From Promethearchaeota archaeon (lineage in GTDB: Archaea; Asgardarchaeota; Lokiarchaeia; Sigyniarchaeales; SOKP01): a DNA stretch of 64,000 bases. The DNA lies in NCBI GenBank assembly GCA_016839585.1, contig JAEOTZ010000058.1:1-64000 (forward strand). The letters are read 5' to 3'. The notes below the pieces were generated by a model, which did no database searches, was not told the origin of the DNA, and saw only the letters and a list, made by a program, of their open reading frames with translations. This document shows positions 1 to 8,474 of the stretch, piece after piece; the first letter of the stretch is position 1, and each line of letters opens with the position of its first letter. Both the position numbers and the translations under genes were made by a program.

Positions 1-56
1 GTCTCATATTCTATTATATCTCTGGATTTACAGCGGGGGCAATAGTATTTTGACAT
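1..56 (-). CDS. 5' part of a small Zn-ribbon protein running off the window (MSKYYCPRCKSRDIIEYE...)
   Basis: Manual translation: ATG at 56, CPRC motif, open to the window edge; an upstream in-frame ATG at 194 is also possible. Confidence 0.55.
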   Translation of the reverse strand, partial: MSKYYCPRCKSRDIIEYE

Positions 57-237
57 GAAGTAGTTAAAAACACTATTAATAATTAATAAAATAATCATGC
101 AGACTATAAAATAATTTTCATTCTGAGTTAGACTAAAATGGATCATAAGTTTTTCACCAAGTGATACGTTGAGCTTATTTATCACTTTTATCATAGCAAT
201 TCTTTATAAATAAAAAGTAGCTTACCTGAGCTCTTCT

Positions 238-251
238 TTTTTCTTTAAATA
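238..251 (+). promoter_or_regulatory. TTTTTCTTTAAATA promoter-like motif (T-rich BRE position + TTTAAATA TATA box)
   Basis: Exact copy upstream of ORF 290. Confidence 0.65.
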
Positions 252-289
252 TGTTCGAAAGAAAAAATATTTTAAGATAATTATTAAAT

Positions 290-670
290 TTGTTGAGCCT
301 TTTGAAAAAGAATGAATACGTGATTATAGGAACATATCGAAATAATAAAAAGTGGACTTTGTATTTCTTTTTTGGAATTTTAGTGTTTGTTTTACTTTTC
401 TTTCCGTTGTTTGCTGTTACTTGGAGATATAAAGTAGGAAGGAGTCTCTCCCTTATCTTTGATACAATAGGGGCTATATGTCTTATGGTTGGAGCATTAT
501 ATACATTTTTAGGGGTGATGGGTATTTTTACCAGAGGCTATGGATGGACTAATAAGCTTATTGTAGGCATTATTCTTCTATATATAGGGTGCTGGCTAAC
601 AGGTACCGTTCTCGAATTTCTCGGAGTGGAAATCGGTAGATCGGGATCTACAGATGACGGCTATAATTAA
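290..670 (+). CDS. small membrane protein (about 3 TM helices)
   Basis: Three hydrophobic segments; preceded by the shared motif. Confidence 0.75.
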   Translation: MLSLLKKNEYVIIGTYRNNKKWTLYFFFGILVFVLLFFPLFAVTWRYKVGRSLSLIFDTIGAICLMVGALYTFLGVMGIFTRGYGWTNKLIVGIILLYIGCWLTGTVLEFLGVEIGRSGSTDDGYN

Positions 671-673
671 TCT

Positions 674-901
674 TTATACATTAATATCTAAATGAAAATA
701 TTCGATCCCGGTATAAAGTCCGCATACTGCTAAAAGAATAACAGATACGATCAACATTCCAATCATTTTTTGACGGTTAAATTGACCTAAAAACATCCAT
801 CCAAGGATTCCAACGATAAGACCTAGCAAACCAATTACCGAACCTAAAGCCATTAGAAACTGGATTGCTTCTTCAATCCCATCAAAATAATCAAACATCA
901 T
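674..901 (-). CDS. small 2-TM protein, pilin-like (VirB2/CedA1-like size and topology)
   Basis: 75 aa, two Gly-rich hydrophobic helices separated by a short basic loop (QFNRQK); motif 25 nt upstream; family assignment is inference. Confidence 0.6.
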   Translation of the reverse strand: MMFDYFDGIEEAIQFLMALGSVIGLLGLIVGILGWMFLGQFNRQKMIGMLIVSVILLAVCGLYTGIEYFHLDINV

Positions 902-925
902 AATACTATTAAGATCGTCTGGATC

Positions 926-968
926 TATTTAAACAAAAAAATACCCTATCCACTTTTTTCTTTATATA
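926..968. promoter_or_regulatory. divergent pair of motif variants: TTTTTGTTTAAATA (-, 926-939) and TTTTTCTTTATATA (+, 955-968)
   Basis: Back-to-back copies in the intergenic region between divergent genes. Confidence 0.65.
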
Positions 969-1018
969 TCTTGAACTGTACCTACTACTAATTTAATTCA
1001 TAAAAAAAAAGAAAAAAA

Positions 1019-1339
1019 ATGAGAAAATTAAGTGAAATCGGCACTTGTCCAAAATGTCAATGCTCAATAACCATATTTAAGACAAAAAATTATAAACGCT
1101 TTGCAAAGTGTGAAATCTGTGGGTCCTCTTATCCCTTACCGAAAAGAGGATCGATTAGCAATTCAGCATTACTTTGTCCTTTAAATAAATATCCTATTCT
1201 AATCATTGAACGTAATAACATGCGTGCCTACTTTTGGTCAGATCATCCCTGTTTCAGTTGTACAAAATATGATGGATGTCAACCAATAAAAGAACTAATT
1301 ACTGAATTTACAGAATTAAAGGTGTATGGATATAAATAG
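1019..1339 (+). CDS. Cys-rich Zn-ribbon protein (topoisomerase-type Zn-finger-like)
   Basis: CPKC...RFAKCEIC..SYPLPKRG, resembling stand-alone topoisomerase Zn ribbons. Confidence 0.7.
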   Translation: MRKLSEIGTCPKCQCSITIFKTKNYKRFAKCEICGSSYPLPKRGSISNSALLCPLNKYPILIIERNNMRAYFWSDHPCFSCTKYDGCQPIKELITEFTELKVYGYK

Positions 1340-2339
1340 TAAAAAAAGTAAATTGGAAATAAAAACAATCTTGTTAGTAGCTTTACTACTATCATTAGGA
1401 TTTAGTTTTGCAGACATAGGCAATTCGATAAAAAATGAACACATATCTACTCCAAGAACAAGTGATGTGGAACTAATAGATAAAGTGTATGCCTTTACGA
1501 CTTCTAACAGTTCGCTATTTTTTGATAAAAGTCTATATTTTGAAGAATTTACCTACTACTACATCTCAGTTATGGTTGTAACTCCTCACCAATGTGCAAT
1601 GAATATTATTCTATGGGATCCTGAAGATGATAAATATGAAATTTATTATCGAGAAAATATGAATCAGGGAGAAAATTCAGAAATTCCTTTTGGAACGGCT
1701 TTGTCTGGAAATTATAGTATGCTTTTTGATGTGGAACTAGAATATAACTTAAATATTAGAATAAAAATAGAAGAAGGGGAAGGTTGTCTAAGAAACAATA
1801 TAGATCCCGAAGCATTTGAAGAGAGAGAACTGTATAATGTAAAAAAATTCTATGATGGAGAATCAGTTCAAGATTATATTTATCTAAAAACGGATTATTA
1901 TTATTATTTCTATTTTGGGCGGGTATCGGCAATATCGGCAAATAAAAGCTATGATGTGGACCTTAACTATACGATTACTTGCCCAGAAGATATTGGATAT
2001 ATCATCTATGAAAATAAAGCTCTACCAGAAGTAACTGAGATAATAAGTTTTAAATTTGGAACAGCAATTCAGGGTCTCTATTCTGTGTATTTAACTATTT
2101 ATTGTGAGGTTCCTCATGTGAATATTGCTTATGCCGTAATTGAGGGTAGTAAAATTAGCGATGTGATAAATGGAACCGAGCCTGAGCCAACAAACGAAAC
2201 AGACACTCCTACTTTTATTGTGTCAATACCGAAAGAATGGACTATTGGATTCGTGGCAATCATAGGAGTCTTAGTGTTAATAGTAATAGGAGTCGTAATC
2301 TACCACAGAAAACGCAATGTTCTAAACCTAAACCTATAA
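1326..2339 (+). CDS. exported/cell-surface protein with C-terminal TM anchor
   Basis: N-terminal signal-like helix, beta-rich body, PEPTNET linker, C-terminal TM followed by HRKR. Confidence 0.8.
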   Translation: MDINSKKSKLEIKTILLVALLLSLGFSFADIGNSIKNEHISTPRTSDVELIDKVYAFTTSNSSLFFDKSLYFEEFTYYYISVMVVTPHQCAMNIILWDPEDDKYEIYYRENMNQGENSEIPFGTALSGNYSMLFDVELEYNLNIRIKIEEGEGCLRNNIDPEAFEERELYNVKKFYDGESVQDYIYLKTDYYYYFYFGRVSAISANKSYDVDLNYTITCPEDIGYIIYENKALPEVTEIISFKFGTAIQGLYSVYLTIYCEVPHVNIAYAVIEGSKISDVINGTEPEPTNETDTPTFIVSIPKEWTIGFVAIIGVLVLIVIGVVIYHRKRNVLNLNL

Positions 2340-2609
2340 AGGATATTTATTTTCTTTAAATGCTTTTAAATTACAAAATAAGTATCTTTGTTTAGCTTAG
2401 TATGTCCAAACTCATCAATTTCCCATTCGAGACCTCTCATGTTCTTATATAAAATCTGAAGTCTTGCTTGAAGGCGATAAAGGTTATCATTTATTTTTCC
2501 GAAATCTCTCTTCTTTTTTTTTAATATTTACTTATCTTAAAAATCCTCAAGACTAGCTTCTATTAATCTGTTAACATTAACCAAAAAAAGATAAAAAAAA
2601 TTAAAGAAG

Positions 2610-3842
2610 TTAGGTCTTTATTAATATTTTAGCATTTTTCTGCCAATTTCTCACTGTATTTGGGGAAGCACCGCTCATTTTTGCAGATAACTCCTCTGGA
2701 TTGATATCTAAAAGTTCTTCAACAGTACTAATTCCAAAGGCTTTCAAACTTTCTGCTGTCCCTTTACCAATGCCTTTTACTTCAACTAAAGGTGAGTTCT
2801 CCTCTTCCTTAAGATCTTCAGCTACTTCGGTATCATCACTTTCTTCATATAATTTTTCAACCTCAAAATCCAATCCTGATGTTTCAGGAAGATCAACTTT
2901 ATCGGTATCAGCAATTCCAGCACTTGTTATAAAGAACTCACACTCCTCTGGAGGTAAATCAGGAGCGTCCACGATAACCGCTCTTCGCATTAATGAATTA
3001 TTTGAAGAAAATCCTTTTGTTTTGAACATTACTCTGAAATGACATCCATGAGCAACAATATTTCCTCCTATAGCATCATTGCCTGAAAACATTCCCATCA
3101 TTCTTACAGCAACTTGATTAGTAAGAAGTATAGCACAGTTATATGTCTCGGCGACTCTCGATAGTCCATGAATCATATTATTAAGAACTGCTTGTCGAGG
3201 GGCAAGGCTTCCGATACCCACATATTCAGAACGCAATAAAGCCATCAAGCTGTCCACAACAATCACTCTTACTCCACGAGTTTTGCATAAAGTCTCTGCC
3301 TTTTGGATCATCTGCGACTGATGATCGGAAGAATAGATCCTTGCATGAAATATTTTTGCTAATACTTCTTTTGGATTTAAACTAAATCGTCTTGCAATTC
3401 TTTTAATCTTTTCCTTAGAGAAGGTATTTTCTGTATCAATATATGCAATTGAGCCATTGAGTCCCCCTTTTTTGGGGGGCAATTGAACAGTAACAGCTAT
3501 TGTATGTGCTAGTGCTGTCTTCCCTGACTTAAATGGTCCATAAACTTCCGTTAGTTTACCTGTTTGAAAGCCTCCTCCCAATATTCGATTAAGCTCAGAA
3601 GATCCAGTAGTAATAAATTCCACATTATCATCAATCTCTCCAGCAGGAATAAATTCAGTCATCCCTAAAGCATTTCTTGCATTCCAGATGAGCTTTTTTG
3701 CTGTTTTATCCCCTAACCCATCGATTTTAGATACGATATTACTGGGAGACATTGCCAATGCTTCTGAGGTACTGATCCCATTTTCCTGAAGTAGTTTGAT
3801 CTGACGGGCATTGATTCCTTTTATTTGACTTAAATCAGCCAT
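2610..3842 (-). CDS. radA: RadA/Rad51-family recombinase paralog with an extra C-terminal HhH domain
   Basis: N-terminal HhH, ITTGSSELNRILGGG, Walker A GPFKSGKT, YIDTENTF, VVDSL, TNQV, GGNIVAH; acidic linker then VKGIGKGTAESL. Confidence 0.92.
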   Translation of the reverse strand: MADLSQIKGINARQIKLLQENGISTSEALAMSPSNIVSKIDGLGDKTAKKLIWNARNALGMTEFIPAGEIDDNVEFITTGSSELNRILGGGFQTGKLTEVYGPFKSGKTALAHTIAVTVQLPPKKGGLNGSIAYIDTENTFSKEKIKRIARRFSLNPKEVLAKIFHARIYSSDHQSQMIQKAETLCKTRGVRVIVVDSLMALLRSEYVGIGSLAPRQAVLNNMIHGLSRVAETYNCAILLTNQVAVRMMGMFSGNDAIGGNIVAHGCHFRVMFKTKGFSSNNSLMRRAVIVDAPDLPPEECEFFITSAGIADTDKVDLPETSGLDFEVEKLYEESDDTEVAEDLKEEENSPLVEVKGIGKGTAESLKAFGISTVEELLDINPEELSAKMSGASPNTVRNWQKNAKILIKT

Positions 3843-3901
3843 TCTTTTTTATTATCACCATTTTACAAATAATTCTAATTATCTATTGTCTACAGTGAGA
3901 G

Positions 3902-3915
3902 TATTTAAAGAAAAA
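3902..3915 (-). promoter_or_regulatory. TTTTTCTTTAAATA motif upstream of radA
   Basis: Exact copy, 60 nt from the start codon. Confidence 0.7.
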
Positions 3916-3953
3916 ACCAATTATTGAAGAATTCTTTCTTGGAAAAGGAGCTT

Positions 3954-4331
3954 TTATTCTTCAAGGATAAATTTCAGATTCTCAATATATTCTTCAGGAG
4001 AAATTCCATGTAATAAAGCCCTATGAAGCATTCTGATATTTAACTCTTCAACACCATTTTCTTCATAGATAGGAAGGAGATCAGTATGAATGGCTTTAAG
4101 AATTCTAAGTATTGAAAATTCAGAACGCCTAAACTGACCAAAATATCCACCAAAAGCCGTAAATAAGTTAGCCATTAATTCAAGATCTTCGCTAGTAAAT
4201 TTTCTGTAACACTCAACACACGCAATCCCATAGTTAACACCAGTTTGACAAAGCGTTGCTCTATCTTTAATTTCATGTCGGCAGATAGAACATTTTATTG
4301 ATTGACCAAAATCTTGTGATTCAGTTATCAT
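3954..4331 (-). CDS. small Zn-finger protein (CxxC...CxxC)
   Basis: CSIC and CVEC motifs; motif 22 nt upstream. Confidence 0.75.
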   Translation of the reverse strand: MITESQDFGQSIKCSICRHEIKDRATLCQTGVNYGIACVECYRKFTSEDLELMANLFTAFGGYFGQFRRSEFSILRILKAIHTDLLPIYEENGVEELNIRMLHRALLHGISPEEYIENLKFILEE

Positions 4332-4352
4332 GAAATATAATAAAAGTATCTT

Positions 4353-4366
4353 TATTTAAAGAAAAA
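4353..4366 (-). promoter_or_regulatory. TTTTTCTTTAAATA motif, leaderless spacing
   Basis: Exact copy ending 22 nt before ATG 4331. Confidence 0.7.
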
Positions 4367-4690
4367 GAGAAGAGAAAAGGAGGAAGAAAATGAGAGGAGA
4401 CGTATGTTTTTTTTAGTTACTATTTTACTATTTGCTTCCTCAGTTTCTCTATTAATCCTATAAAATGCAGCTATTTAAAAGAAAATAATATAGAGATATT
4501 TAAACTAGGAAAAAAAAGAAAAAAAAAGAGAAATAAAATCTACAAAAACTTTGAGGAGATATTCACGGGTTAGGAGTTATTTTATTCCTCTTTCTTAATG
4601 GTAACACCATAATACCAATATATTTAAACAAATAAACAAGAAAAATAAAAATTATAAGTAGAAATTATTATAATACAAATATAGAGAGGT

Positions 4691-4885
4691 GTGTTCATGG
4701 AAGATTTTAAAAAAAAAATTGACAATTTAGAAAAAGATATCGAAAATTTGGAAAAAGATGTCGAAGATTTGGAAAAGGAAGTTATGTTAAATTCTCGATG
4801 GCGTGTTATTATACAATGGCTACTTGCTATTGGATTTTCTATAAATATAATATTAATTCTCTTATCATTACAGTATATATATTAA
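4691..4885 (+). CDS. tail-anchored coiled-coil miniprotein
   Basis: GAGGTG RBS; heptad repeat (DNLEKDI/ENLEKDV/EDLEKEV) from an imperfect 21-nt tandem repeat; C-terminal TM. Confidence 0.65.
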   Translation: MFMEDFKKKIDNLEKDIENLEKDVEDLEKEVMLNSRWRVIIQWLLAIGFSINIILILLSLQYIY

Positions 4886-4888
4886 TAC

Positions 4889-5599
4889 CTATTTTATTTC
4901 CAATCCCCTATCATGCAATTTATATTGAAATTCCTGACAATAATCTTGAGTAAAAATTCTTACTCTACGATCACGTCTGTTACACACATACTCTAAACCT
5001 ATTTTTAAGGTATCTAGCCTATCATATAACTTGAAAAGAAAAGATTGATTTTTTTCAGCTTTCGGATCATAGGAAATTTCATGAAGCAACACCAAGTAGA
5101 TCCCTTTTCTTTGACAAAACATTATTAATGGAAGAAGCTGAGAATCATAAAAATCATCTATAAGTAAGGTAATGAACTTAATATCCTTATACTTAGAAAT
5201 TTCATACCGAAGATGATTAGAAATATTGTCAATTACAATGAATCTTAAATTCGGTGGTATAGCTGTGTCTCCATTAATAATTTTTTCAAAAAGTTGAGAT
5301 TGATCAAAATAAGTGCTCAAAGTAAAATTACGAGGAGTGATGAAGATATTTTTTTGCAGATAGGAAACCTTTTCAGGATAAATTTTAAACATTCGTAAGA
5401 GTCGTTTTATTGGGAATAACTCACTTGCTTGAACCCAAATACAGCACTCTTCAAAAGGATGAGAATTAGTCAAATAATTACCGACAAGTTGTAATGCAAG
5501 TGTGGTCTTTCCTGTACCAGACTCTCCCGAAATATTTAGGATCTTGTGTCTTGTCATTAGTTTATGCAATAGAGCAAGGATTCCAGATAATATCTGCAT
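4889..5599 (-). CDS. RadB-like / Rad51-paralog RecA-fold ATPase
   Basis: ISGESGTGKTT Walker A, FPIKRL, FIVIDNIS Walker B; no N-terminal HhH domain. Confidence 0.8.
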   Translation of the reverse strand: MQILSGILALLHKLMTRHKILNISGESGTGKTTLALQLVGNYLTNSHPFEECCIWVQASELFPIKRLLRMFKIYPEKVSYLQKNIFITPRNFTLSTYFDQSQLFEKIINGDTAIPPNLRFIVIDNISNHLRYEISKYKDIKFITLLIDDFYDSQLLPLIMFCQRKGIYLVLLHEISYDPKAEKNQSFLFKLYDRLDTLKIGLEYVCNRRDRRVRIFTQDYCQEFQYKLHDRGLEIK

Positions 5600-5604
5600 A
5601 CAAC

Positions 5605-5955
5605 CTACTCACCATCCAACAATTCAAGAACCTCATTCCTAGCTTTTTCGAGCTTCTCGTCTTGTGTTTTTTTAGGATCTGGTCGACGACCATAATTATC
5701 ATCATGAGAAGAAGCTAATAATTGCTGAAGCATAACAAGGGTAATTAAGTCATCCATGTTATGGTTCTCCTGCTGGTGGTTACTCCCACTGAGAAATCTG
5801 GATATCCCCGAACCAGAATCGGAAGTTCTAGACTTGTAAAAGATATAAATTCCCAAACCAACAACAACTATAACAATTGTAAAGACGGGGTTAGTTTGGA
5901 AATACATAAGAAAAGCGACAATCAACACCAGACATAATATACTCTTTATATTCAT
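5605..5955 (-). CDS. small 2-TM membrane protein with cytoplasmic tail
   Basis: Two N-terminal TMs; operonic spacing with neighbours. Confidence 0.75.
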   Translation of the reverse strand: MNIKSILCLVLIVAFLMYFQTNPVFTIVIVVVGLGIYIFYKSRTSDSGSGISRFLSGSNHQQENHNMDDLITLVMLQQLLASSHDDNYGRRPDPKKTQDEKLEKARNEVLELLDGE

Positions 5956-5961
5956 TTTTTA

Positions 5962-6714
5962 TCACCATGGAGCTTCTTCAATTCCTATTTTATGAGGTTT
6001 TTGAGGTTTATACCTGCGACGGGCAATTCTTCTAATTCTTAACTTATGAGGTTTCTTACTTCTAGAATGGATAAGAAATATTATTTTAGTTATTCCCATA
6101 AAACTCAGCTTTAAACTCCAATAAATCACGGCTATACTAAGATAATAAAAAACATCAAGGAAAAATATAATTTCAAAATAGTATAGAAATGCCCATAAAA
6201 TAAATATTGAAATGACAATGAGAAAAATTTGATAAAGGGTATTCACGGGATCAAATCGTATAGACCGAAAAAAACATGAAATATCAGCACTTGAAGGAGC
6301 AGCACCAATTATAGTAGAAATCAAGATTAAAACGGCGATAAACCGAATACCAAACCAAACATTGGAATATGCTATAATAGTAAAAAAAAGTACAGCTAAC
6401 CAAGTTGAGATATAAAGCGGGGCAAAACTAATTAAAAACGCTTGTAGAAAACTTTCTGGTTTGACCTGTACCGCACCATGGGGAGCAACATATCCCATTT
6501 TTTCATGCCTGAATTTAATCTCTATTCTACGAGGCTTTACACCAACCAAAAGACTAATTAGGTAATGGCTTACCTCATGAATCACAACACCTATATACGC
6601 TAACCTTATAAGAATACCATAAAATGGTCTGATACTTTCACCCTTTGATATAAGATATTTAAAAAACAGGGAAATCATAAAAATTATGACAAACACAACT
6701 AACTCATCTAACAT
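5962..6714 (-). CDS. membrane metalloprotease (M50/site-2-protease-like)
   Basis: HEVSH, G-x-V, ISFAP, APSSAD motifs, multiple TMs; start moved to ATG 6714 because it lies 22 nt from the promoter motif at 6736-6749. Confidence 0.8.
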   Translation of the reverse strand: MLDELVVFVIIFMISLFFKYLISKGESIRPFYGILIRLAYIGVVIHEVSHYLISLLVGVKPRRIEIKFRHEKMGYVAPHGAVQVKPESFLQAFLISFAPLYISTWLAVLFFTIIAYSNVWFGIRFIAVLILISTIIGAAPSSADISCFFRSIRFDPVNTLYQIFLIVISIFILWAFLYYFEIIFFLDVFYYLSIAVIYWSLKLSFMGITKIIFLIHSRSKKPHKLRIRRIARRRYKPQKPHKIGIEEAPW

Positions 6715-6735
6715 GAAGAAAAATTTCATTGAACA

Positions 6736-6749
6736 TTTATAAAGAAAAA
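6736..6749 (-). promoter_or_regulatory. TTTTTCTTTATAAA motif variant
   Basis: Heads the M50 / 2-TM / RadB-like operon. Confidence 0.6.
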
Positions 6750-7015
6750 ATTGTCATTAATCTAAGTGATAAATTTTCAAAAAATCTAATATCTAAGTTT
6801 AAAACCAATTCTTCAAGTTATTATATATTTTTCTTCTTTCGAATTAAAACTAATATTAAATTTAACAGGATTAATCTCTACGCAATTTTCCTTGAATTTT
6901 CATTTGTGGAGTTGAAGGGCAAAATTATTGCTGGATTTAATTTTATACATTTTTGTGAAAATCAAAAATTCTAAACTGTGAGTAGACGGTCTCTTTTCAT
7001 CATTTTTCATTTCAT

Positions 7016-7030
7016 GCAAAATATTTAAAA
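7016..7030 (+). promoter_or_regulatory. canonical-type BRE-TATA (GCAAAATATTTAAAA) upstream of the TFB paralog
   Basis: A-rich BRE position followed by TTTAAAA, 45-60 nt before the start. Confidence 0.5.
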
Positions 7031-7074
7031 GGGGTAGTGGTACTCAAATATTTCTTAGTTATTAAAAAAAAATA

Positions 7075-8322
7075 GTGATCAAAAAAACAATGGTAACTTA
7101 TAACCTAATTCAAAAATCAAAATTTGATTCTAATGGAGAAGAAATCTCAGAATTGCAATGTGATTTATGCAATTCAGTTAATATTAAAGAAACCAATGAA
7201 GGCTATGTATGTGGTGACTGTGGAATTGTATTAGAAGTCCTAAAATTACAATATTATCGTCCATATAATGATGATATCCTTCAGTATGCCCCATTAGGAC
7301 AAACCCAAATAGGCACAAAACGGGAAAGGCATTGTTTTCCTAACTCTATTCAATGGGAAAATTGGAATAAACTTCATTCTATCCGTGAAAATGAAAAAGT
7401 TGTATTAGATAACGCTAAGCAAACGATCTCAAAAATTTTCAGTAATTTGCATTTACCTAATACTTATCAAAAAATTGTTTTTCAAAGATTTAATAAAGTG
7501 AGATCTAAGCTTAGACCAAGTACGAAATATCGGAGTGTTGAAAAACTAGTTCCAGTTATTATTTATTATACATTTAAGCTTAGAAATATCTCTATTAATG
7601 AGGAAGAATTAATAAATGCGTCAGGTATATCGAAAAAAGAATTCAAGGATTTTTTTCTACAATTAAGGAATTTTATTCCTGAATATGCAAAAAGAAACAG
7701 ACAAGATTATATAATTCAAAAAATGCTCCAAGTAACCGAATATTTTGATTTAGGTTTAAGATTTTATTATTTATCTAAGAAGATAATGTATAAATTATGG
7801 GAACTTATTAAAAATACAACTGACGATGTTATTGCAGGGGTTGCGACTTCAATCTCGGCACTATGTTCATATAAAGATTTTATAAATGTTAACGCAATAT
7901 GTAAAATGTTAGGAATTAAAATGTCAACTGTTCAATTTCAAGTAAGAGAAAGAATATTTAGAAAATTAAAGGTTGATGGATTTATTAGTTTAGTACGATC
8001 TTCCGATCTTTTAAATGAAATCATGGAAAAATTAGGACTCTTAAAGCTAAAAGAAAACCATACTGATGAAGAACCTGCAGATTTTGTTGAAATAGTGCTG
8101 GGAAATGCATCACAGGTATTTAATTGCCATAATGGAATTGATTATTATTTTTTTGCTATAAAAGATGATCATAATAATCCCGTATTAATAACAATTAATA
8201 TTTACAATCCAATTATACACAAAGAACATAATCAAAGCTATCAAGCTCAGGAGGCGAAACTATTTGATTGTGAGCGCTTGGTGTATTATCGAACAAAAGA
8301 TCCTCCCTTGAGTATTGTTTGA
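7075..8322 (+). CDS. tfb: divergent transcription initiation factor B (TFB/TFIIB) paralog
   Basis: Zn ribbon CDLC...YVCGDCGIVL, two cyclin-like repeats, terminal HTH (VNAICKMLGIKMSTVQFQ); lacks EWRAF B-reader; has a C-terminal extension. Confidence 0.82.
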   Translation: MIKKTMVTYNLIQKSKFDSNGEEISELQCDLCNSVNIKETNEGYVCGDCGIVLEVLKLQYYRPYNDDILQYAPLGQTQIGTKRERHCFPNSIQWENWNKLHSIRENEKVVLDNAKQTISKIFSNLHLPNTYQKIVFQRFNKVRSKLRPSTKYRSVEKLVPVIIYYTFKLRNISINEEELINASGISKKEFKDFFLQLRNFIPEYAKRNRQDYIIQKMLQVTEYFDLGLRFYYLSKKIMYKLWELIKNTTDDVIAGVATSISALCSYKDFINVNAICKMLGIKMSTVQFQVRERIFRKLKVDGFISLVRSSDLLNEIMEKLGLLKLKENHTDEEPADFVEIVLGNASQVFNCHNGIDYYFFAIKDDHNNPVLITINIYNPIIHKEHNQSYQAQEAKLFDCERLVYYRTKDPPLSIV

Positions 8323-8412
8323 CGATGACTTTTAAATTGTATATCGTTTAACCCTTTTTTTCTTCTGTCTCTTTCTATCGTTTTCCTGATTTTCTTAATG
8401 TTGATTTGATGT

Positions 8413-8426
8413 TTTTTCTTTAAATA
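8413..8426 (+). promoter_or_regulatory. TTTTTCTTTAAATA motif
   Basis: Exact copy; continues CTCTTAC, like the radA copy (CTCTCAC). Confidence 0.65.
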
Positions 8427-8474
8427 CTCTTACCATATTATGAACTAACTAAATTATATTAAAGTCATATATAT

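Noticed and set aside
2367-2580. Coding-like minus-strand stretch (...NLYRLQARLQILYKNMRGLEWEIDEFG...) with two in-frame TAA
   Set aside because: Short with no recognisable family; possible remnant but not supportable.
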